This document shows positions 57,497-64,000 of a DNA stretch of 64,000 bases, piece by piece; within the stretch, counting starts at the first letter, position 1; every line of letters starts with the position of its first letter. The stretch covers positions 1,378 through 65,377 of the forward strand of contig JAJTYJ010000001.1 in NCBI GenBank assembly GCA_021463485.1, written 5' to 3'. The translations under genes were made by a program, and so were the position numbers. The stretch is from a bacterium (GTDB lineage Bacteria; Patescibacteriota; UBA1384; 2-12-FULL-50-11). Under the pieces are notes generated by a model. The model saw only the letters and a program-made list of their open reading frames with translations. It did no database searches and was not told the DNA's origin.

Positions 57497-58552
57497 ATGA
57501 GCGATGCTGTTGAGCTCGTCAAAAACCCTGTCGAATCTGCAAAAGAAGCTGGTTTGCGCTATTTTACCGACTCAAAACTAACAATCTCCCGCCTTAAACA
57601 CGGCGAAGGCTTTAGGTACGTAGATAAAGACGAGCAACCAATTACTGATAAAGAAACGATCGTTAGGATTAAGTCGCTAGTGCTACCGCCTGGCTGGACA
57701 AACGTTCGGATCTCACCAGTAGCTAACAGCCATCTTCAAGCAATTGGCGTAGATGAAAAGGGCCGCAAACAATACCGCTACCACCCCGATTGGCTTAAAT
57801 TTCGCGATCAAACCAAATACGACAAGCTAATCGATTTCGGCAAAGCCCTACCAAAAATTCGTACTCAGGTCTCAGAAGATCTCGCCAAGCACGGCCTGCC
57901 GCGCGAGAAAGTGTTGGCCACAATCGTTAAATTACTCGAAAAAACGATGATTCGAATCGGTAACGAGCAGTACGCTAGAGAGAATCAGTCGTACGGTTTA
58001 ACGACGCTCCAAAATCGCCACGTGGATGTCGGCACTCAAAAAGTAACGATCAATTTCAAGGGCAAAAGTGGGCAATTCCACACCATCGAACTCGAAGATC
58101 GCCGGCTTGCTCGTCTAATTGGCCGGCTTCAGGACTTGCCCGGCCAGGATTTATTCCAGTTTATCGACGAAGACGACAATCTCCACTCAATCGACTCATC
58201 AGACGTTAACGAATATATCCAAGATGCTGCCAACGACTTATTCACCGCCAAGGATTTTCGGACTTGGCGCGGTACCGTGTTAGCCGCCTGGTTTCTAGCA
58301 GACGCTGAGCGCGCCAGAAGCGAGCGAGAAAACAAGCGAATTGTTTCGCAGATTGTTAAAGAAGTCGCCAAAGAGCTCGGTAACACCCCAACAGTCTGTC
58401 GCAAGTGTTACATTCACCCAACCGTTATCGAAACGTTCTTGAGCGACTCTGGTCTAACAATTAAAGAAATTAACACCATTGAAATCGACACGGTCGATTT
58501 ACTGCCGGAAGAAAAAATTGTTTTAGAGTTCTTGAAACAAAATACGGCCTAG
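57497..58552 (+). CDS. Bacterial DNA topoisomerase IB
   Basis: GRKQYRYH, IRIGN..Y, F.GKSG, KDFRTW, LGNTP.VCRKCYIHP. Confidence 0.93.
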   Translation: MSDAVELVKNPVESAKEAGLRYFTDSKLTISRLKHGEGFRYVDKDEQPITDKETIVRIKSLVLPPGWTNVRISPVANSHLQAIGVDEKGRKQYRYHPDWLKFRDQTKYDKLIDFGKALPKIRTQVSEDLAKHGLPREKVLATIVKLLEKTMIRIGNEQYARENQSYGLTTLQNRHVDVGTQKVTINFKGKSGQFHTIELEDRRLARLIGRLQDLPGQDLFQFIDEDDNLHSIDSSDVNEYIQDAANDLFTAKDFRTWRGTVLAAWFLADAERARSERENKRIVSQIVKEVAKELGNTPTVCRKCYIHPTVIETFLSDSGLTIKEINTIEIDTVDLLPEEKIVLEFLKQNTA

Positions 58553-59152
58553 CTATCTATCGAGACTTTTAAGCTGTTCGTAAAGTTCGCGCTGCTCGCG
58601 AGTGAGGCGCTTCGGGATTTCGACGTGCAGCACAACAGTTAAATCACCACGACCGCGACGGGTTTGCTGACCCTTACCACGGAAACGAAAGGCCATACCA
58701 TCTTGGGCACCGGCAGGAATTTTTAACTCAATCTCATCACCAAAGTTAGTTTTAAATCGGACTGTATCTCCGAGCACTGCTTGGGGGATAGAGATGGAGA
58801 GCTGGACTTGAACCTGCGAGAACGCAGATTCAAATAAGTCCTCGAAAATTGAGCCAAAGCCGCCGGCCTGTCCGCCGAATCCCGCTCCAGAAAAATCAAA
58901 TCCGCCAAAACCTTGTCCGCCGGCCTGTCCGCCGAATCCGCCATGCGTTCCAGCGTGGCCGAACTGGTCGTACTGCGCTCGTTTCTGCGGATCCCCAAGT
59001 ACTTGATACGCTTCGTTTATTTCTTTAAATTTTTCGGCATCGCCACCTTTGTCTGGGTGTAACTTATGCGCCTTACTTCGGTAGGCTTTTTTAATCTCTG
59101 CTTCAGACGCAGTTTTTGAAACACCAAGAACGTCGTAATAGTCTTTAGACAT
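58553..59152 (-). CDS. dnaJ: Short DnaJ-family co-chaperone
   Basis: [12 protein letters not shown]-domain, G/F region, one C-terminal subdomain; no CxxCxGxG repeats. Confidence 0.85.
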   Translation of the reverse strand: MSKDYYDVLGVSKTASEAEIKKAYRSKAHKLHPDKGGDAEKFKEINEAYQVLGDPQKRAQYDQFGHAGTHGGFGGQAGGQGFGGFDFSGAGFGGQAGGFGSIFEDLFESAFSQVQVQLSISIPQAVLGDTVRFKTNFGDEIELKIPAGAQDGMAFRFRGKGQQTRRGRGDLTVVLHVEIPKRLTREQRELYEQLKSLDR

Positions 59153-59789
59153 AGTTAAGCTTTACTTTTCCATTGTGCACTACCAAGAAACTTGCCAGAC
59201 CTGGTCGTAAGAATATCCCAGAGTTAGCAAATCTAGTCGCCGCGTCAATCTCGGGGAGGTGGCTGTGTCCGCAAATTAACCACTTTTCTGACTTATTACT
59301 TTTATGCCAATTTTTCATCCTCTGGTTGCTGGTTTGGTATACATTTAGATATGGTCTCCCGATAAATCTTATTAGCAACCGTTCTAGTACTGAACCAAAA
59401 TACAAAATCCACTTAGGTAAGTTTGGATGTCGCATATCTAGCGTTGGATCGAGTAGATCGCCATGCGCAACGTAGAATTCTGTACCAGCTTGCGAAAACT
59501 CATAGCTCGTCGCTACTCTCTCGGAAAGAATTGAATAATCCTCTACGCTTTTCGGATCGTGGTTACCGAACAAATATACAGCGTTTTTCTGTTTAAAAAG
59601 CGGAAATAACTCTTTCCATCGAGAATCTAAAAATTCTTGCAGGCTCATGCCAAAACCTTCCCACAAATCCCCGTTAATTATTAGCTGATCTGCGTCCGAG
59701 ACAATATTCTTGATTAATTCAAATTTGGCGGGCTCAAACCGCTTTGTTAAATGTAAATCAGAAATAATTACTATTTTCTCGGTAGACAT
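59145..59789 (-). CDS. Calcineurin-like metallophosphoesterase
   Basis: SDLH, NGD, GNHD, HGD, GHSH. Confidence 0.9.
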   Translation of the reverse strand: MSTEKIVIISDLHLTKRFEPAKFELIKNIVSDADQLIINGDLWEGFGMSLQEFLDSRWKELFPLFKQKNAVYLFGNHDPKSVEDYSILSERVATSYEFSQAGTEFYVAHGDLLDPTLDMRHPNLPKWILYFGSVLERLLIRFIGRPYLNVYQTSNQRMKNWHKSNKSEKWLICGHSHLPEIDAATRFANSGIFLRPGLASFLVVHNGKVKLNYV

Positions 59790-59813
59790 CCAGCAATATT
59801 TTACCTCAAAAAA

Positions 59814-59829
59814 GTAAAGTTTGCTTTAC
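59814..59829. promoter_or_regulatory. Palindromic operator GTAAAG-TTTG-CTTTAC between divergent promoters
   Basis: Same core as 1966-1983 and 63294-63311; flanked by TAAAAT (minus, 59798-59803) and TGnTACAAT (plus, 59831-59839). Confidence 0.7.
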
Positions 59830-59845
59830 GTGCTACAATGTTTTT

Positions 59846-60076
59846 ATGAATGAAGTGCGAGAAGTTAATATCAACGTCCCGAAAAAAGCGATCGTTATTA
59901 ATAAATACGCCGAGAACGGCGGCGGCTGGATTTGGTGCTTAGGTTTTATCGGTGCCATCGTTTACTATTGGCAGAACGCCAACGGCTTTGGAGAATACTT
60001 TTTTGGATTTCTAAAAGCCTTGGTTTGGCCAGCCTATATGGTCTACGACCTGTTTAAGTTTTTGGGTGTTAACTAA
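59846..60076 (+). CDS. Small membrane protein
   Basis: 76 aa; GFIGA..YY....F....G.LKALVWPA..VY. Confidence 0.75.
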   Translation: MNEVREVNINVPKKAIVINKYAENGGGWIWCLGFIGAIVYYWQNANGFGEYFFGFLKALVWPAYMVYDLFKFLGVN

Positions 60077-60723
60077 TCTTCTTTGTTTTTAAAAACTCCA
60101 CTGCAAACATCTGGGTAATCTTTTTTAAACTCGCTATCAGCAGGAACAGCTGCCCAAATTGCATCGATCCTCTTGCGAGAATCCGCGTCGAAATAGCCCA
60201 TCGGGCATAACCGATCGATAAGTAGTGACGAAGATGCTAGCTCCCAGTGAATCTGCCCGGAGCCGTCTTCTTTAGTTGGTGCACGTTGAAGTATCTCCTT
60301 GCGGCCGGTATAGCCAAGTAGCTGACCCTTCTTTATTTTGGCCAGTGGTTTGATTTCTGGTTCGATTGTATTTAGCTCCTTGTACTCAATTTTATAAAAA
60401 CCGCTATAGATCGTAACATCAATTGACCCCGCTTTGGTCTTACTGGCAGTAAAAATACGCCCATCAGCTGAAGCAATAATCGGCGTCACACCCATAAAAC
60501 CAAAATAGATACCTGGGTGACCGTTCGGGTTACCGTTGGCTTCGTTATGTTCTATTTTTTCGCCCATTGGAATTAGGCTAACCCGCGAGTCGTATTCGGG
60601 AGTAAACGGTAATGAAATTTCGATATGTTTGTGCGGTAAATACGCCCAAGGCTGGAATAGAAATAACGCCAATAGTAGTACGATTGCGCCAACCGTAATC
60701 CCCAACCATTTCAGCAATCTCAT
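60073..60723 (-). CDS. M23-like peptidase-fold protein, degenerate metal site
   Basis: HPGIYF, IASADG.I, IKKGQLLG, QIHWE. Confidence 0.65.
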   Translation of the reverse strand: MRLLKWLGITVGAIVLLLALFLFQPWAYLPHKHIEISLPFTPEYDSRVSLIPMGEKIEHNEANGNPNGHPGIYFGFMGVTPIIASADGRIFTASKTKAGSIDVTIYSGFYKIEYKELNTIEPEIKPLAKIKKGQLLGYTGRKEILQRAPTKEDGSGQIHWELASSSLLIDRLCPMGYFDADSRKRIDAIWAAVPADSEFKKDYPDVCSGVFKNKED

Positions 60724-60749
60724 TCTTACTGTAAGCATGGCAGAAAATA

Positions 60750-60778
60750 AAAAAACGCGAAGGGGATGCCTTCGCGTG
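60750..60778. terminator. Intrinsic terminator (minus strand)
   Basis: A-tract then ACGCGAAGG-GGATG-CCTTCGCGT. Confidence 0.75.
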
Positions 60779-60782
60779 TCGG

Positions 60783-60995
60783 TTAGCGGCGCGCGGCGTC
60801 GTACGCTTGCCGTTCTTCCTCTGATGACGGACACGGTTTTACCAAATTACCGTAGAAGTATTTTCTTCCGAAATACAGCAACGGATTATCGGTAGCTCCG
60901 CAGAGAACGCAAACTTCGTCGTAGAGCGACGAGTCGGAGTAACGAGTTCGGTGCGTTGGGTGGCACCGGTCTTGGTATTCATTAGTGATGTCCAA
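60783..60995 (-). CDS. Small Cys/His (zinc-finger-like) protein
   Basis: H...CVLCG...C; followed by a terminator. Confidence 0.5.
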   Translation of the reverse strand: MDITNEYQDRCHPTHRTRYSDSSLYDEVCVLCGATDNPLLYFGRKYFYGNLVKPCPSSEEERQAYDAARR

Positions 60996-61114
60996 ACTGG
61001 ATATTTATCGCAAACAGTACAACGTATGTCTAGTCGACAAACGTTGACGTAATGACGGACTACCTCCTTGAGTAGTGAGAAGCTAGATGGTAAAATGGCG
61101 CCGGAGCATTGCAC

Positions 61115-61315
61115 ATGGATCAACAAAATTTAGCAACCCTCAGACGCCCCTTGGCCTGCGTTAGCCCCGAGCGAATTCGTGAGATGGCTCAGTCTGGCGA
61201 CCGCACTCAATTTCGCGCAGAAATTCTACATATGAACAGCTGTGACAAGTGTCGAAGCGCCCTCAACGAAGCCGAGGCATCTCACAAACGCGGCCGGCCT
61301 GGATACGTCGGCTAA
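61115..61315 (+). CDS. Small protein with ZAS/zf-HC2-like motif
   Basis: C...HMNSCDKC; GGAG before ATG. Confidence 0.55.
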   Translation: MDQQNLATLRRPLACVSPERIREMAQSGDRTQFRAEILHMNSCDKCRSALNEAEASHKRGRPGYVG

Positions 61316-61329
61316 GTACACTCCCCTTA

Positions 61330-61368
61330 CGGCTCGGTTTGGACTCGTTTCAACCGAGCCGTTTTTTT
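61330..61368. terminator. Terminator between small ORF and dnaK
   Basis: CGGCTCGGTT...AACCGAGCCG-TTTTTTT. Confidence 0.75.
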
Positions 61369-63256
61369 ATTTTGTTTCTTTTGGCTCGTCTGAAGATGGT
61401 TCTTCGGACTTTTTCTCATCACCTGGAGCTGGATCGGCAGACTGTTCGTACATCGCTTGACCAACTTTTTGCATCGCAGATGAGAGTTTCTCTGCTTCGG
61501 CTTTAACTTTTTCGACGTCGTCGCCACCTAAGGCTGCACGTGTCGCGGTGATCGCATCTTCGACTTCGCGCTTATCTTCTGGTTTTACTTTGTCGCCGGC
61601 GTCTTTGAGTGATTTTTCGGCAGTGTGGATAAGAGCTTCGGCCAGATTGCGCTGCTCAACGAGTTCTTTTTTCTTTTTGTCTTCTTCAGCGTGTTTTTCG
61701 GCTTCAGCTTTCATTTTTTCGATTTCGTCGTCAGACAAACCGCTGGAAGACGTGATAGTAATTTTTTGCTCTTTGTTAGTTGCTTTGTCTTTGGCCGAAA
61801 CGTTAAGAATTCCGTTAGCGTCGATATCAAACGTAACTTCGATCTGCGGAACACCGCGCGGCGCAGTTGGGATGCCATCAAGATGAAACTTACCGAGTGT
61901 TCGATTGTCGCTTGCCATCGGTCGCTCGCCTTGTAGAACGTGAATTTCAACTGAGGTTTGATTGTCGGCGGCGGTTGAGAACGTCTCGGTTTTTGAAGCC
62001 GGAATCGTGGTGTTGCGGGCAATCAACGGTGTCATCACGCCACCTAATGTTTCGAGTCCGAGCGTTAGCGGCGTTACATCGAGTAAGAGAATATCTTTCA
62101 CTTCGCCCGACAGAACACCTGCTTGTAGCGCGGCGCCGAGCGCAACCGCTTCGTCTGGGTTGACACCCTTTGACGGCTCTTTTCCGAAAACTTCTTTAAC
62201 CGTTTCTTGAATTAACGGCATTCGGGTCATACCACCAACTAAAATAACTTCGTCGATATCGCTCTTCGAGAGCTTGGCGTCTTTAATCGCTGATTCGCAA
62301 ATGGCAACAGTTTTTTTGATGAGTTCGCCGGTTAGCTGTTCGAGCTTAGCACGGCTGAGTGTTGTAACTAAGTTTTTTGGACCGTCGGCATCGGCTGCGA
62401 TAAACGGCAGATTAATCTCAGCTTCCTGTGTGGTTGAGAGTTCGATCTTGGCTTTTTCAACCGCCTCTTTAATCCGTTGCATCGCCATCGCATCGCCGCG
62501 GAGATCCATACCTTCGGATTTGTTGAATTCTTCAACAACCCAGTCCATAACTTTTAGATCGACATCGTCTCCGCCTAGGTGGGTGTCGCCGTTAGTGGAA
62601 AGTACTTCGAAGCTCGACTCGCCGTCGGTTTCGCCGACTTCGATAATAGTGATATCAAACGTACCGCCACCGAAGTCATAAATCGCGATTTTCTGATCTT
62701 TTTTAGTTTCTTTACCGAGCCCGTACGCAAGTGCGGCAGCGGTTGGCTCGTTGATGATTCGTTTAACTTCTAAACCAGCAATAGTACCGGCGTCTTTAGT
62801 AGCTTGGCGCTGCGAATCGTTAAAATAAGCCGGGACAGTTACAACTGCGCCGTCGACTTTTTCGCCGAGATAACTTTCGGCGTCGGCTTTAATCTTAGCC
62901 AAAATCATCGAGGAAACTTCTTGTGGTGAGTAATCTTTGTCGCCCATTTTTACTTTGACAGCGCTGTCAGATTTAACGATTTTGTACGGCATAAGTTTAA
63001 TGTCACGCTGCACTTCGTCGTCTTCGAACTTGCGTCCAATTAATCTCTTAACTGAATAAATGGTGTTCTCCGGATTCGTAACTGACTGACGCTTTGCCAA
63101 CTGACCAACAAGTCGTTCGCCTTTTTTATTAATGGCCACGATTGATGGCACTAAATTTCCGCCTTCGGCGGTCGGGATCATTTTGGCTTTGCCGCCTTCC
63201 ATAACAGCCGCAGCTGAGTTAGTTGTTCCTAAGTCGATACCAATTATTTTACCCAT
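61367..63256 (-). CDS. dnaK: Chaperone DnaK
   Basis: [41 protein letters not shown]. Confidence 0.99.
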   Translation of the reverse strand: MGKIIGIDLGTTNSAAAVMEGGKAKMIPTAEGGNLVPSIVAINKKGERLVGQLAKRQSVTNPENTIYSVKRLIGRKFEDDEVQRDIKLMPYKIVKSDSAVKVKMGDKDYSPQEVSSMILAKIKADAESYLGEKVDGAVVTVPAYFNDSQRQATKDAGTIAGLEVKRIINEPTAAALAYGLGKETKKDQKIAIYDFGGGTFDITIIEVGETDGESSFEVLSTNGDTHLGGDDVDLKVMDWVVEEFNKSEGMDLRGDAMAMQRIKEAVEKAKIELSTTQEAEINLPFIAADADGPKNLVTTLSRAKLEQLTGELIKKTVAICESAIKDAKLSKSDIDEVILVGGMTRMPLIQETVKEVFGKEPSKGVNPDEAVALGAALQAGVLSGEVKDILLLDVTPLTLGLETLGGVMTPLIARNTTIPASKTETFSTAADNQTSVEIHVLQGERPMASDNRTLGKFHLDGIPTAPRGVPQIEVTFDIDANGILNVSAKDKATNKEQKITITSSSGLSDDEIEKMKAEAEKHAEEDKKKKELVEQRNLAEALIHTAEKSLKDAGDKVKPEDKREVEDAITATRAALGGDDVEKVKAEAEKLSSAMQKVGQAMYEQSADPAPGDEKKSEEPSSDEPKETK

Positions 63257-63291
63257 GTAATTCCTCCGTTAGATTTTGCATTACACAAAAA

Positions 63292-63319
63292 ATTGTAAAG
63301 TTTCCTTTACATTTGTCAA
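63292..63319 (-). promoter_or_regulatory. dnaK promoter (TTGACA-16-TACAAT) with overlapping palindrome TGTAAAG-N4-CTTTACA (63294-63311)
   Basis: Minus strand reads cTTGACAaatgtaaaggaaacttTACAATt. Confidence 0.85.
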
Positions 63320-63389
63320 GAAATACTGCTCTAAGTAATTGCCTCTGCGGGAGAATATGGTACAATTCTCGCACAACTGGAGGTGCACT

Positions 63390-63713
63390 TTGGAGTTGGG
63401 GCCGAATTCAAGGAGAAACTACGACTACTTCGTAGCGAACTTCCCACGACTGAGGCATTTTATCGAGATCACCTACTCGACTTGCCCACACAGGGCAACG
63501 CGCATGATCTTCGGGCTTCTCCGGGCAACCAGGTCGCCGGGCACGTACGATCCCACAATATCACGCATGAGTAATAACGAGATAATCTCGCCCGAGACCC
63601 GATCTCGTCTGGAAGAAGTCAGAGGAATCGGGGTGGGATGCGTGGTGCTCTTCGACGAGGTGACCAAACAGTGGCGAGAGGAATATCCCGAGGACTTTTC
63701 GTCGGAAGACTAA
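63390..63713 (+). CDS. Hypothetical protein with helix-hairpin-helix-like motif
   Basis: TGnTACAAT, GGAGG, TTG start; LEEVRGIG. Confidence 0.55.
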   Translation: MELGPNSRRNYDYFVANFPRLRHFIEITYSTCPHRATRMIFGLLRATRSPGTYDPTISRMSNNEIISPETRSRLEEVRGIGVGCVVLFDEVTKQWREEYPEDFSSED

Positions 63714-63751
63714 GTTTGAGAGCAATAAGGTATGTAATGTAATTGGTCCAA

Positions 63752-63790
63752 ATGCCGCCTTTTACCTTTCGGGGAATGGCGGCGTTTTTC
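63752..63790. terminator. Terminator hairpin between convergent ORF and grpE
   Basis: GCCGCC...GGCGGC-GTTTTT. Confidence 0.6.
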
Positions 63791-63791
63791 T

Positions 63792-64000
63792 TTAACTCTT
63801 TGAGACCCGGACCTTAGCTGGGCGAATTACTTTACCATTAATCTGCCAGCCGGATTCAACCTCGTCGATGATATGCTCAGCCGGAACTTCGGTGCTATTT
63901 TCGTACGAGATCGCCTCGTGCAAGTTGTGGTTAAACGGTTGGCCTTTAGTCGGGATACGTTCCAGCCCGGCTGCGGCCAGTGTCGCTTCGAGCTGCTGTT
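63792..64000 (-). CDS. grpE: Nucleotide exchange factor GrpE (3' part only)
   Basis: Manual translation GLERIPTKGQPFNHNLHEAI...GWQINGKVIRPAKVRVSKS*. Confidence 0.92.
   Translation of the reverse strand, partial: QQLEATLAAAGLERIPTKGQPFNHNLHEAISYENSTEVPAEHIIDEVESGWQINGKVIRPAKVRVSKS

Noticed and set aside
58860-58939. 23-bp direct repeat
   Set aside because: Encodes the repeated GFGGQAGG of the DnaJ G/F region

Overview
Gene-dense, standard-code bacterial chromosome segment. The gene content (short AlaS, baseplate-J-like + FtsA-like pair, type IV pilin clusters, ComM, little central metabolism, mostly SD-less starts) suggests Patescibacteria/CPR; this is an inference. Housekeeping content includes ftsE-ftsX-CHAP hydrolase, secA, serS, greA, mreBCD-mrdA, mltG, ruvX, alaS, secG, miaA, trxB, a type IB topoisomerase, dnaJ, dnaK, a partial grpE and 7 tRNAs. 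The most striking signal is a candidate heat-shock regulatory system. A gene fuses an XRE helix-turn-helix to a complete Hsp20 and carries a strong internal ribosome-binding site that could give an Hsp20-only isoform. The palindrome GTAAAG-N4-CTTTAC sits in its own promoter, in the dnaK promoter and in the divergent promoter region of the dnaJ operon, and no CIRCE was seen at these three promoters. The second signal is that four tRNA genes are followed by a duplicate of their own 3' end; in three cases the duplicate is joined to a related short element. Third, there is a cluster of four paralogous secreted proteins of a family I do not recognise. All annotations come from reading the sequence by eye; no searches were run.
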